Under the pieces are notes generated by a model, which was not told the origin of the DNA, searched no databases, and saw only the letters and a list, made by a program, of their open reading frames with translations. From NCBI GenBank assembly GCA_964016885.1, contig OZ024742.1:247194001-247258000 (forward strand): a DNA stretch of 64,000 nt. Direction: 5' to 3'. Position numbers and translations under genes: made by a program. Positions 1-15,426 of the stretch are shown here, in pieces. How positions within the stretch are numbered: position 1 is the stretch's first letter; every line of letters starts with the position of its first letter. Origin of the DNA: Eledone cirrhosa (taxonomy: Eukaryota).

Positions 1-999
1 TAAATCTTTCGATTTCTTCTTTTTATTCTTCTTTTTATTTAAAAATTAAACTACCCTAAAAGTTGATGCTCCAAATATATCGAATAAACGTTACACTAGA
101 TAAACTTCTATATTAAATATAAGAACATATGTAGACCAAATGGGCATCCTAAACTTTTGAAATGATTTCTGCTAGACGCAATTTGGTAAATAATTTTTAG
201 CTTTATCTGTTTTCGACTCTGATGCTTATAATGAACTTGGCAATATATTGTCAATTAATAATATTTTTTAATATTTTTAATATTTTCATTTTTTAATATG
301 TAATATTTTTTAGTTTTCTATTTTATTTATTTGTTTATTTTTATTATTATTATTATTATTTTTTTTATTATTATTATTATTATTTTTTGTATTTTTTGTT
401 TTTGTTTCTGATATTTTTATTAATATATTGAAATCTGTTCTCTTTTTCTGCTTGATAGATAATCATGTAGAGTAAAGACAAGAATAGTATTGTTAAAATT
501 AATATAGACTCTATATATATATGTGTGTATATATACACATATATGTATACTTAAATTTTTATAGCACAATGAGAATGTTCTCCGTGTGAAATAGGAGTTT
601 GCAGAGTTGATCACGTAAATTCACATCGATGTTTGTAGTTATCATATAAACATATGAATTTTTAAAACTAGACATAAGATCATTACTTTTCACACATTAT
701 AGATACGTGTCTCATTCATGAATACTGATATTTACATTATAGTGCCTGGTTTTTATACGAACTAATACTTCTACATTAAAACATAGGGTTTTTGAATTCT
801 GCCTCGCCTATGTCTGGTTACTTTTCATTTTTCTCTCTATATAACGGCTGGTTTCTTTCCTAACGACATATATCTCCCTTACATTAATACTAGAGCTAAA
901 TAAATAAATAAATAAATAAATAAAGGTATCATTGATACGTCGTCCAACTACCTACTTTTCTCTATATATATCTATCTCTATCTATTTCCTCTCTCTATA

Positions 1000-2703
<1,704 letters not shown>

Positions 2704-2720
2704 ATGTAAATATGTTTATA

Positions 2721-2774
<54 letters not shown>

Positions 2775-3200
2775 TAGTATATTTACCAACATATGCGTAC
2801 AGATGTACACTAATGCTAGCAAATACATAAGTTATGTCATAGTAACTAGGTAGTTCAATGCAGGAGGATGCAGAACAATTATATGAAAGACGTAAAATAA
2901 GAAAATTTTAAAAATTAAAAATTAACTTACTTACTAAAATTTTCACTCCAACTTTTTCTTATTTTACGTCTTTCATATATATATATATATGTATATGTAT
3001 GTATACGTACATACATATATGTATACAGACGTACAGTAGTATGTATATATATACATACATGCACACATATATATATATGCACGTATGGATTTACCGAGCA
3101 TTTATTATAATGCTCGGTTTGTTTGTAAACAAACATCCCGAATTAAGCCGTACAGTGTTTAACAACCATCATTGCCCTTTTGTTCAACACTGACAAAGGA

Positions 3201-3243
3201 ACGATGTACTAGTTTCAAGCTTATTAGCTATCGTCAGCACCGT
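3201..3243 (-). ncRNA. Minimal type I hammerhead, family A
   Basis: Reverse complement reads ACGGTG-CTGACGA-TAGC-TAATAA-GCTT-GAAA-CTAG-TA-CATCGT. Confidence 0.85.
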
Positions 3244-3359
3244 ATACCTTCCTGCCAGATGATTGAACAAAAGGACAACGATGGTTGCTAAAGACTGTAC
3301 GGCTTAATTCGGGATGTTTGTTTACAAACAAACCGAGCATTATAATAAATGCAGTGGTA

Positions 3360-3561
3360 GTGAAGGAGACACGGCGAAAAGGCTCCCAGTCCACACTGTA
3401 AAAGTGGTTGGTGTTAGGAATGGCATCCAATGGTAGAACATCTGCCAGAGACACTTCTGTACGAGCGAGACACGGTGTCCCGACCAATCCCGCATCAAAC
3501 GGAAGAAAGCCGTCTGACCCATGCTAGCGTGGAAGATGGACGTTAAACGATGATGATGATA

Positions 3562-3600
<39 letters not shown>

Positions 3601-3612
3601 GTGATGATGATG
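3360..3612 (+). mobile_element. SINE 3' portion with (GAT)n tail
   Basis: GGTGTTAGGAATGGCATCC...GGACGTTAAACG followed by (GAT)n. Confidence 0.55.
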
Positions 3613-3976
3613 TGTTTCTAAAAGGGCAATAATGGTTGCCGAACACTGTATGGCTTAATTCGGGCTGTTTGTTTACAAACAAACCGAACATTATAATAAA
3701 TGTTCAGTAAACCCATACGTACATATATATATGTGTGCATGTATGTATATACATACTACTGTACGTTTGTATACATATATGTATGTACGTGTACATACTT
3801 ATATTTAAGTATCAGCCGTACTAAGAGTGAGAAATGAAATTTCATTTTTTCTATTTATCGTTTTCGGTACGCCCGGCCGACTAACTCACTCGATATGCAA
3901 ATTAGGCCGTTCAGCCGTTAATATGCATACGGAAAGTATATAGTTTCAAACGTTCAATTGACTGACAGGAAGTTAT

Positions 3977-4019
3977 AAATTGCTGACGACAGCTAATAAG
4001 CTAGAAACTAGTTCATCGT
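3977..4019 (+). ncRNA. Hammerhead family A, degenerate stems
   Basis: CTGACGA-CAGC-TAATAA-GCTA-GAAA-CTAG-TT-CATCGT. Confidence 0.65.
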
Positions 4020-4274
4020 TCCTTTGTCAGTGTTGAAAAAAAGGGCAACGATGGTTGCCGAACACTGTATGGCTTAATTTGGGCTGTTTGTTTACAAACA
4101 AACCGAACATTATAATAAATGTTCGGTAAACCCATGTGTGCATGTATGTATATATATACATACTACTGTATGTCTGTATACACGTGTACATACTTATATT
4201 TAAGTATCAGCCGTACTAACTAAGAGTGAGAAATGAAATTTCACTTTTTCCATATATATATATATATATATATA

Positions 4275-5189
4275 TTATTATACTTTGGGAGGGTCATGTT
4301 GCCAATATGAAACACACGCACCAGTTGCTTTCACTTCAATTTATTATAAATTTAATTATAAATTAAAAAAATTATAAAATCCGGTTGCTTGGTTCCACAA
4401 CCGGACGGTTGTTCATATATTTTCAAAGTTCTTTCGTCACACGTTATGTGACCTCTTCAGTGATTCTTTTCTTTGTTTTGTGCCTCTCCTTTGTTCTGTG
4501 CTACGACATCTTGTTTTTGTCTGTGTTGTGTGCTTATTTTATGCATGTGTTACATACTGGTGTCTGTGTCTGTTTTTATTTGTTTATTTGTTTATTTACA
4601 TGTTACTAGATAGTTGTTTGTTCTATGTGTGTGTGTTTTCATTTTGTCCTTAATTGTGAGTTGTGATGTTGCTATTCAATTCATGTTTTCTATTTAATTT
4701 TGGTTGGAGTTCATTTATCTTTATTGCCTCTGTGATTTGTCTAAACATTGCGTCTTTTCTGTGTGTAGATTCTATTTTTATTTTTATGTTCTCTAATTTG
4801 CCCTTATGTTTTATTTTAGCATGTTGGTGGAGTACTGATCAGTCTTTTCTATCTAGGAGTTCTCGCCAGTGTTCATTTAATTGTTCTCCTATGCTATGAG
4901 CTGTCTCAACTATGTACATTATATTCTTATCTTTACATTGTCCCTCAGTACATCTTATGCTATGTACTATGTTTCTAGTTTTGCAGTTAATATGGGGGCT
5001 TAGTTTACATATTATGCATTTCCTATCTATTCAGGGAGGTCTTTGAAAAGGGTATGTATTACTAATAAGTGTTTTTTATGGAGGTACCTGGTCTTTCCAC
5101 TATCTTAATATTTAGTTTAAGTTTATCCAGGGCCCTTCTAAATTTGTAAGCTAACTTACAAATTTAGAAGGGCCCTAGATAAACTTAAA
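4275..5189 (-). mobile_element. 5'-truncated Penelope-like element (GIY-YIG end plus terminal repeat) ending in a fold-back at 5116-5189; terminal repeat also at 15500-16040 (+)
   Basis: Minus-strand CKDKNIMYIVETAHSIGEQLNEH...RQITEAIKINELQPKLNRKHE; HHR in the 3' region. Confidence 0.8.
4423..4463 (-). ncRNA. Hammerhead family C
   Basis: TCA-CTGAAGA-G-GTCACA-TAACG-TGTGAC-GAAA-GAAC-TT-TGA. Confidence 0.65.
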
Positions 5190-5190
5190 A

Positions 5191-5453
5191 ATGACTACTG
5201 ACCAGCAAGCCTACAGCAGACGAAATTGGTCTGATAATGAAATTGACCTCTTAATAAACATATGGTTTTCTCTATCCCAAACAATAAACATTAACGCTTC
5301 GTGTCTGAATAAGATTGCTGAAAAAAGGGCTCAAACATTCACCACGAGGTCTTCCAAGCAGATACACAACAAACTAAAACAAGTCGAAGTCTCTTTCAAA
5401 CTAATTCAAAACCATTTTGCAAACCTTCGACATATTTACTCCAATGGTCAAAC

Positions 5454-5492
<39 letters not shown>

Positions 5493-7050
5493 GCCACAAC
5501 AACAACCACCCAGCAAATCAGCAGCCACCACCACCGCCACCACTACTGAATTCAAGCATAATAGCTGAGTAACTGAACGACAGTATCCCTCAACCACTTT
5601 CTCAGCCATCATCAACACCACCGTCATCATCTTCTGCCACATCAACTGCTAGTAATGGACTACTGCTTTCCCTCCCACCACTATCACAGCCTCCCCCACA
5701 GTTGTCATCATCATCATCGTCACCACCACTACCGCTATTGTATTCTACCATGTCAACTACTACCAATGAAAAACCACTGCTTTCTTCCCCCCCACATCAC
5801 CACCGCAGTCATGCTGTAGTCAAAAGAATTTTAAAAAAAATCTATCGAGCTGTATGCACCCCCCCCCACTACACAAACTAGAAACCCCAAAATATGCCGC
5901 TACTCACTACGTCTGAGGCTATGCCCACGTAGCCACTGCATATTTACCCATTTACCTGGTACTAGACGCACTAACAATGGCAGCCAACACCAAAGCACGC
6001 TGCCCTCACGCATAAGTCGGAGTCGCAAAATCTGCCGACATTCCCAACGTGAGAGACTATGTCTGCTGACTGACTGTCCCTTCACTCATCCTCCTGGGAC
6101 ACAACGCACGAACAGAAAAAGGGGCTCCCTGACAACACACAAACCATAATAAAGACACCCCCTGCTGCAGTAATGTTGCTCCAGTCATTTCACAAAGACA
6201 CGATTACAACAACAACAAAAGTAATGCTGCTCCAGTCTTTACACAAAGACACAATTACAACAAATACAACAAAAACAACAACAAAAGACGGAACTGCAAC
6301 CCTATCCAATGGTGTAACCACAAATCCAATCAAAAACTGCTCCCTGAACAAGAACATTTTTCTTTTTTAGCCATGAGCCTGGCAAAAGAGATATAGAAAA
6401 ACATTTTAGCCATCACCCAACACCATCCTTGCTGTCACTAACACACAATCTCAAAACAAGCCCCTGCAACAGTCAAAACCAGCCACCCCACTAGCCTCCA
6501 CATTTTTACTCAATACACAAAGTATCAGCCCATCCATCAATGCACAGAAATGGAAGATCCAATTCATTGAGGATTGGGTTGGTAACCATCCATTTCACAA
6601 CCCCTTCGTTCTTACTCACCTTGACAACTCCCACTTGGAGGCCGAAGTAAGAGTGAGGAATGTCACAACCATCCGCGCGGATCGTGTTGGCAGAAGGAAG
6701 GGTGGAACTGCCATTTTCCTGCATGATTCCTTTACAGCAGATGGGAACACAACATTCTCCAATGGGTACTGTGAATCAGTCACTGTACACAACAAAGCAA
6801 ATGACCTGATATTAGTTGGGCTCTATAGGCCACAACAAACACCCATAATATGCTTCAAAGAATGCCTCAACAGCATCAAATGCTTTATTAAACAGTGCCA
6901 TACTAGCAACATATTTTGATGGGAGACTTTAATCTACCCTGTGTCGATTGGTCTACAAACAGTTTCAAAACAGGCACCCAAACTCAACCACTGACAAAGA
7001 AGCAGTCGAGTCACTTCTTGACTTCATGAATGAGTTTTTCTTGTCCCAAA
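5191..7050 (+). pseudogene. Degenerate CR1/L2-group LINE 5' part: ORF1-like region (Myb/SANT-like, poly-Q, Cys/His fingers) then APE endonuclease
   Basis: RRNWSDNEIDLLINIW...RSSKQIHNKLKQ; CPRSHCIFTH and CLLTDCPFTH; RADRVGRRKGGTAIFL, VGLYRP and MGDFNLPCVDW (APE motifs). Confidence 0.7.
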
Positions 7051-7057
7051 TTCAGTC

Positions 7058-7129
7058 GCAAGCGGCGGGAGGGACCGTCCTGACGAAGGCCAGTTAAGCC
7101 TGAAATGCATAGACGGTTGTCCCCCTTGC
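7058..7129 (+). ncRNA. Type I hammerhead, family D, intact, with extended stem I
   Basis: ACCGTC(7074)-CTGACGA-AGGC-CAGTTAA-GCCT-GAAA-TGCA-TA-GACGGT(7117); outer pairing GCAAG..GGGA with TCCCCCTTGC. Confidence 0.92.
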
Positions 7130-7224
7130 TTCTGCTGGACATCACCAGAGGGCGTTAGCCCCCCGGTGTTTGCATAGCTACGGCTTCCTAAAACTGTATT
7201 TCTTTGGAGATACGAAATATTTAT

Positions 7225-7477
<253 letters not shown>

Positions 7478-7478
<1 letters not shown>

Positions 7479-7628
7479 GTGTGGTAAGGAATCAGATGGA
7501 CCATAACGCACCAGAGTACTCAATACTTAGGGTAGTAGAGTGAGTAATAGGAAAATGTTAGACACCGACGGCAGAGCTGAAAACGTAGAAACGGCTTGAG
7601 CTCTGCCGTCGGGGTCTAATATTTTCCT
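7478..7628. mobile_element. Fold-back repeat, family L, with the 3' half of a hammerhead; also 11665-11860, 13705-13880 and 50103-50295
   Basis: GAAA-CGGC-TTGAGCTCT-GCCG-TC-GGGGTC on one arm and an inverted copy on the other. Confidence 0.7.
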
Positions 7629-7649
7629 ATATATATATATATATATATA

Positions 7650-8350
7650 AGTATGTACACGTACATACATATATGTATACAGACGTACAGTAGTATGTAT
7701 ATATATATACATACATGCACACATATATATGTACGTATGGATTCACCAAACATTTATTATAATGCTCGGTGTGTTTGTAAACAAACATCCCGTATTAAGC
7801 CGCAATGTCTAGCAACCACCATTGCTCGTTTGTTCAATACTGACAAAGGAAGGCTGTACTAGTTTCAAGCTTGTTAGCTACCGTCAGCAACATATACCTT
7901 CCTGCCAGATTGTTGAACGTCCGAAAGTATATACTTTCCTTATGCATATTAACGGCTGAGTAGCCCAATTTGCATATCGGGTGGGTTAATCGGCCGGGTG
8001 CACCGAGAAGGATAAACGGAAAAAATGACCGGATGTTTGTTTACAAATACACCGAGCATTATAATAAATGTTTGGTGAATCTATACGTACATATATATAT
8101 GTGTGCATGTATGTATATATATATACATACTACTGTACATCTCTATACATATATGTATGTACGTGTACATACTTATATTTAAGTAACAGCCGGGAAATGT
8201 ACGTGTACATACTTACATTTAAGTAACAGTGGCAAATGTAATTTCGTTTCATTTTTTCCGTTTATCGTTTTCGGTGCACCCGACCGATTAACCCACGCGA
8301 TATGCAAATTGGGCTACTCAGCCGTTAATATGCATATGGAAAGTATATAC
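7650..8350. mobile_element. Family A repeat, inverted plus direct; degenerate HHR at 7851-7893 (-)
   Basis: Similar to 2985-4252; core reads CTGACGG. Confidence 0.75.
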
Positions 8351-8532
8351 TTTGATCACCTTGACCGACCAGTCTGTTGTGCGCCAACCGGCGCCGATGG
8401 TCACGGCACGTCGTGCTGTTTTAGCCATAAGATAACGCCATCCCACTGGTGCTGTTGTGCTTTAGTGTTGGTGTTGGTGGCGGTGGTGTAGTTTTTATTG
8501 CTGGAGTGGTGGCGTCATTTCTGCGGCTGAGT

Positions 8533-8875
<343 letters not shown>

Positions 8876-9059
8876 TATATAAACGGAAAAAATGAAACGA
8901 AATTTCATTTCTCATATATATATATATGAGAAATGAAATTATATATATATATTTTGTATATATATACATATATATATGCCCTCCTAATACGCTACTATAT
9001 ATAGCCAATATCTATTAGTGTTGCCATCGATAATACAGAGTGAAATTATTATTTATAGA

Positions 9060-10430
9060 TACATGATTGTGCTGTGGTGGAGGTGATGGTGTTGGTTCTG
9101 GTGGCGTTGGGGTTAGTGGTTTCTGTGTGGTGGTGGTGATTTCTGTTATAGTTGATGTGGTGATGGCGTTGGTATCGACAGTGGCAGTAGTGGTAGTGGC
9201 AGTATTAGTAATAGTAGTAGTTGTGGACTGTATGTGCTGGATCTACTGACGTCTGGATCGCAACGGATTCTAAAAACGGAATATTTTCAATTCACTTAAT
9301 TCTTTTTTTTTTAACCAATCCTTCCCCTCCTGCTGCTTGTACTCTAACTATTGTATCTGCCTCCCCGCTTGACCAGACCATTCCACCACTACCCCACCAT
9401 ACTAGTACATCACTACACCACCACTACCCCTCACCAGCTCATACAGTCACCAGAATCCAGGATCGATATGACTGGACTGGATCGTAATTTTCAGGATTAT
9501 TTTAGTCTGGATCAAGCTGTTTTGATGTTGGTGGCGGTGGTGTAGTTTTTATTGCTGGAGTGGTGGGGTCATTGTGGTGATGTTGGAGTTGTTGTTGTAG
9601 TCATGATGTTGTGTTGCTGTTGTTGTTGTCACTGAACTAGTGTTTTGTTTGTTATTGTTGTTGTTATGATGGTGCTGTGTTAATGGTGCCGTTGTGCTTT
9701 AGTGTTGCTGTTGGTGGCGGTGGTGTAGTTTTTATTGCTGGAGTGGTGGCGTCATTGTGGTGATGTTGGAGTTGTTGTTGTAGTCATGATGTTGTGTTGC
9801 TGTTGTTGTCACTGTAGTAGTGTTTTGTTTGTTATTGTTGTTGTTATGATGGTGCTGTGTTAATGGTGCCGTTGTGCTTTAGTGTTGGTGTTGGTGGTGG
9901 TATGGTTGTAATGGTGCCGTTGTGCTTTAGTGTTGCTGTTGGTGGCGGTGGTGTACTTTTTATTGCTGGAGTGGTGGTGTCACTGCGATGATGTTGGAGT
10001 TGTTACTGTAGTCGTGATGTTGTGGTGTTGTTGTTGTTGTCACTGTACTAGTGTTGTGTTGTTATTGCACCCGTGTTATGTTTGTTATTGTTGTTGTTAT
10101 TGTGGTGCTATGTGGATGTTGCTGTTGGTGGTGGTATTGCTGTAATGGTGACGTTGTGCCTTTGTGTTGCTGTTGCTGTTGTGCTGGTGGTGGTGTTGAT
10201 GGTAGTCGTGTTGATGGTGGTGGTGTTGATGGTAGTCGTGTTGAAGGTGGTGGTGTTGATGGTGGTGTTGTTGATGGTAGTCGTGTTGAAGGTGGTGCTG
10301 TTGATAGTGGTGGTGTTGATGGTAGTCGTGTTGATGGTGGTGGTGTTGATGGTAGTCGTGTTGAAGGTGGTGGTGTCGATGGTGGTGGTGTTGCTGGTAG
10401 TCGTGTTGATGATGGTGGTGGTTGTGTTGG
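9060..10430. repeat. (GTT/GGT)-rich low-complexity region with about 180-bp tandem units and 15-bp subrepeats
   Basis: GTTGGTGGCGGTGGTGTAGTTTTTATTGCTGGAG recurs at about 9527, 9709 and 9938; GTTGATGGTAGTCGT and GTTGATGGTGGTGGT units at 10195-10420. Confidence 0.85.
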
Positions 10431-10730
10431 GAGCTATCAGACTGGTGCCGATCTAAGCAACACTAACTAGTTGGTGCCGGTGTTAGTGTAGAAGTTATAG
10501 TGTATAACAATGATGATGGGGATGGGGATGGGAGAGAATTAGAAGTGACCAAGGAGTGATGATGTCTATGATGATAATGATGAGGAAGTGGTGGAGGCGG
10601 ACGGGGGTAAAGGGTGAGATGTCAGATTTGGATGGATATTCTTGGAATAGCATCCCATAATTCGATATAATCAGTGGAATATAAAAAGAGAATTTACTTT
10701 AAATATAGCTGAGATGTTGAACATAACATT

Positions 10731-10770
<40 letters not shown>

Positions 10771-10810
10771 GGGGGGGATATATATATGTGTGTGGATATA
10801 TATATATATA

Positions 10811-10862
<52 letters not shown>

Positions 10863-10870
<8 letters not shown>

Positions 10871-10947
10871 TAACAGATTAAAGTTTAAGCAAAGAATCGC
10901 CGCTTTCACCCTTAACGGGATCTTCTGAAACTAAAATAATCAATCTA
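10863..10947 (-). repeat. About 85-bp dispersed element embedded in (TA)n with an HHR-like motif; also 11901-11985, 21590-21660, 41645-41690, 42516-42572 and 44015-44065
   Basis: CAGAAGA-TCCC-GTTAA-GGGT-GAAA-GCGGC shared among copies. Confidence 0.7.
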
Positions 10948-10950
10948 TAT

Positions 10951-10984
<34 letters not shown>

Positions 10985-11140
10985 TTATTTATTTATATAT
11001 ATGTGTATGTGTGTGTGCATGCATGTATGTGTGTAGGCATGCATGTATGTATGTATGTATGTATGTATGTATGTATGTATGTGTTTGTGAGTGTTTGTAT
11101 GTCTGTGTGTATATGTATGCATGCATGTGTGAGTGTGTGT

Positions 11141-11190
<50 letters not shown>

Positions 11191-11425
11191 TAATTAGTAA
11201 AATCCCTCTCGAAGCCCCAATCCATTTCAACCTAACTGCAAGTTCACTGGCTTTGGACAGGTCAGCCGAAATGAATTTCACCAATTCTTGTATCAGCTCA
11301 GCACTTGAACATGCATTCAGTACTAGATTATCCCGATCTCGGTACCACGTTCCCTTCATTTATATATATATATATATATATATATGAAATGGATTGGGGC
11401 TTCCAGAGAGATTTTACTAATTACT

Positions 11426-11456
<31 letters not shown>

Positions 11457-11861
11457 TACGCATACATACACACGCATACATATACACACAGACACTCACA
11501 CATACATGCATACACACATATACATGCATACATATACTCACAGACATACAAACACTCACAAACACACACATACATACATACATGCATGCCTACACATATA
11601 CAGGCATGCATATATATACATACAGACACACATACACATATATAAATATATATATATATATATATTAGGAAAAAGTATGACCCCGACGGCAGAGCTCAAG
11701 CCGTTTCGACGTCTATTTCTGGACTGAGTCCAGAAATAGCCGGCGAAACGGCTTGAGCTCTGCCGTCGGGGTCATACTTTTTCCTAATTCCCACTCTTCT
11801 ATCCTAAGTATTGAGTACTCTGGTGCGTTATGGGTCATCTGGTTCTTTACTACAATTCCTT

Positions 11862-11904
<43 letters not shown>

Positions 11905-12009
11905 TTGATTTTTTTAGTTTCAGAAGATCCTGTTAATGGTGAAAGCGGCGATTCTTTGCTTAAACTTTAATCTGTTATTTTAATATATATATATATATAC
12001 ACACACACC

Positions 12010-12053
<44 letters not shown>

Positions 12054-12571
12054 TGTCTTAATAGGTATTTGAACTGTCAACAGGCTGCGGATCGCACACA
12101 CATCACTGCTGACCATTATCACAACAACGAACCTCTTTACTACTACTACTACACACACACACATATTTGTTTTGAAAGACTTATTTTTCAGTGACTTCTT
12201 ATTCAGCCGACACAAACCTACATTTGGCGCAAAATCAATTTTTAACATTCACATGACCTCTACCGACCAATCAAAATTGTTTTGACCACAAGAATTTTCG
12301 CAACACGAATTGGCGCGAAACTAATTTTAATACCGCTGAAGCCACTTTCTTCACATAAAAACAGGTAGAATTCTCAAAACTTATCAGATCAGAGCAAACA
12401 TCACGGACGCTCTATCTCAAAATTATTTTGAAAAGCATTAGAAATGCGCAACCGGTAAAACTTAAAACCAAAACTGAATACTAACCAATACTATTACTAA
12501 TTCTCATTTATTCCTAATTAAACTATTTTTCACTGTGAACAATTTGTCAGCATTTTCTTTTCCATTTACCA

Positions 12572-12604
<33 letters not shown>

Positions 12605-12664
12605 TAGCTCATTCCTTGAGCTATTTAATTGTAAAAGACTATTTTGAGTTTTTAACTCAATCTA

Positions 12665-12700
<36 letters not shown>

Positions 12701-12737
12701 CTACCGGCATTGTAAGCCTGTCACGTAGTACTAATAT

Positions 12738-12950
12738 TGGTTTCTCATATAGGTACAAGGTCCGCAATTTTGGGGGAGGGGAAAGTCGATTAAATCGACC
12801 CCAGTGCGTGACAGGTACTTTTTTATCGACCCCGTAAGGATGAAAGGCAAAGTTAACCTCGGCGGGATTTGAACTCAGATTATAAAGGGCCGTAACTCTA
12901 TGCTGGAAAGCATGGCGTCCGACCCTCTACCGATACTGCCAATCCACCAC
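12738..12950 (-). mobile_element. tRNA-derived SINE with about 16-bp target-site duplication
   Basis: A-box TGGCAGTATCGG and B-box GAGTTCAAATCC; flanks CACGTAGTACTAATAT (12722) and CACGTAGTCCTATTAT (12951). Confidence 0.85.
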
Positions 12951-13628
12951 CACGTAGTCCTATTATCAATTTCACAACATGTTTTTGTTCAGGATGCTGG
13001 TTCGACAACAGTATGTATATTTTCATGATAAATGTGTTCTCTTGGAATTGAAAAATAACTCCCCTCAAGAATTTGCAGATTCTTTAAATGTTGGTCTTTT
13101 CCAATAATTACTTCTTCTACAAATGAACCCATGGTAGGGAGATCGATATATAAATCAGATTACTAAATGTTTGTTTTGGTCTGTCTGATTTATACTCCCA
13201 TAAATAGTTTTCATTTAAATTCAATATGTAATATTGCTTCTCTGATTGATATTGTATCTATATATTTTATACATTCATTGAAATGTTTGAGTATTAGAGA
13301 CTAATCAATCTTTAATTATTGTTAAGCTGCTCCTGATTTGTTGAGCTGTGTCACACGGTCTTTTGGTTGCTACTTCTAGTGGCATTGTAAGCTTGTCATG
13401 TAGCCCTAATATTCGGAAAGATTTGTCCATTTAACGGTTCAATTACGCAACGTGTTTTTGTTCAGGCAGCTGGATAGACAACGGTATGTATGGTTTCATG
13501 ATAAATATGGCCCCTTGACTAACATTTGGCTTGACTTCCATAAATAGAGCTTTTCACTTAAATTTGATATGTAATTATATATATATACATATATATCAAA
13601 TTTAAGTGAAAAGCTCTATGTATGGAAG

Positions 13629-13703
<75 letters not shown>

Positions 13704-14029
13704 TAGGGTGTGGTAAAAATCCAGGTTGACCATAACCCACCAGAGTACTCGATACTTGGGGAAGTAGAGTGGGTAATATGAAAGATTGAGCATCCCTACA
13801 ACTGAGCTCCGGCCGTTTCGACAACTAGATCTAACTGTCGAAACGTCCGGAGCTCAAAGTCGGGGTCTTGGATCTTTTCACACACACACACACACATATA
13901 TATATATAGTGAGAAGCGCGGTAGCAGTCGAAGTGTATGATAAAGTTATATCTGTATTAATAGAGTCTGTGTATCCGAGACTACCGCAGCGTGTGTAAAT
14001 ATACACACATATCTAATTTGGAAGAATGT

Positions 14030-14430
14030 AAACATGCCAGACAATAGGAATTTCCCTGTAAATTGAAAAGAAATATAAACATCTTTTAGCGATTTTCGGA
14101 TCGCTACCATACTATCGGCTGCTGGCGCACTGGACCATCTTTGAAATATTGCGGGAGTATTACGCATTCACGACATTCTTTTTGGGGGAAGTCTATGATG
14201 TAATTCTATTACACCGTATTTGTAGACCTCCATGGCAATGATGTTAACCCCAGGAGCCTTTACCAATTCTGGTTCACTGATGGCAGATAACAGCTCCCCC
14301 ATGCTCGCTGGTAAACCCTAATTGGCCACGTCTGGAAGTTGTTGGATACATCTCAGAGTTTCGTAAGAAATTGTTGAGTGTTGGTTCAATAGCTTACTGA
14401 AATATTCATGCTACCATTTCATGATATCTG
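14030..14430 (-). pseudogene. RTE-clade LINE fragment (pre-RT linker)
   Basis: EYFSKLLNQHSTI...ELLSAISEPELVKAPGVNIIAMEVYKYG. Confidence 0.6.
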
Positions 14431-15240
14431 TATAGAAATGTGAACATTCTTTACTCTCTATCCATGTATTGCTACAGCACGCCAGCTCCATGGCTATTAA
14501 AGCAGTTCTTTGTTCTAGGCGTCCACAATTGGATACACATTGCATCTCTGACTTTTCAACATTCAAAAACTAAACTAATGTATTTACTTATTTTTCTTCT
14601 GTTCCGTTTTCCGTGATTAACTTTGCTATTATTTATCATATTATAATGCCACATACCCAGCACTGTTATAAACTATTATATTAATTTACGCAACAAATAT
14701 CCCTCTATTTCTTTCTCTCCATTTTCATCTCACTATTTCTGTCTCTCTCTCTACGTGTTTCTCTCTTCCTATTCTCTTCCTTCCACATGCTGAGACACCC
14801 TCAGCTGCTGTCCCAAAATTCCAGTCCTACTTACATCGAACGGAAAAGGCATGCTTTATTGGATCTTTCGTATACATTTATCCTTTAGGATGAAAATCTA
14901 TTAACATTTCTCCCTAAGTTTCCACTTGCACAACTTAGCTGCGTTACGTCTTTTCCTTTTCCCAGTCGTAAATCATTGATATTTATTTTTGTTTCTGTAC
15001 TGTTTTTAAATCTATTTTACATAGGTTGAACAAGGTGTCATATTATATTTTATATTAATTTATATGCGCTACCTAACGTTCCACAGCCTAATGTTCAACA
15101 TCACCCCAGCTTTCTTAGGTACCACTTTGCATTCGTGTATGAATGAATATAATGTATCAGCTTTCATACCAGATTGAGCACTGTATTCCTATTTACATTT
15201 TATCACCCTCCGATATATCATTATATATATATATATATAG

Positions 15241-15426
15241 GGCGGTGAATTGGCAGTATCGGTAGAGGGTTGGACGCCATGCTTTCTAGCATAGTTACGT
15301 CCCTTTACAGTCTGAGTTGAAATCCCGCCGAGGTTAACTTTGCCTTTCATCCTTACTGGCTCGATAAAATAAAGTACCAGTAATCTACTGGGTAATTGCT
15401 GGCCTTGTGCCTAAAGTAGAAACAAT

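Larger units (their letters stand above)
2985..4252. mobile_element. Non-coding HHR-bearing repeat, family A (unit about 419 nt); inverted plus direct tandem copies, interrupted by a SINE fragment
   Basis: AAAGGGCAA..ATGGTTGCCGAACACTG recurs at 3621 and 4040; minus copy at 2985-3350; same family at 7650-8350, 20850-21377, 30452-30950 and 63822-64000. Confidence 0.8.

Noticed and set aside
7952-8022. Second hammerhead in family A (CTGAGTA...GAAA)
   Set aside because: Core is non-canonical and the flanks (AACGG/AACGG) are not complementary
10051-10470. Gly/Val/Asp-rich repeat protein
   Set aside because: Open in several frames because of (GGT/GTT) low complexity; no splice or homology support
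12960-13580. Duplicated segment with NUMOD1-like peptides (GQIFPNIRAT, SIREA)
   Set aside because: Many stop codons and too little similarity to call without a search
15241-15335. tRNA gene
   Set aside because: A/B boxes belong to a multi-copy SINE head with no complete cloverleaf
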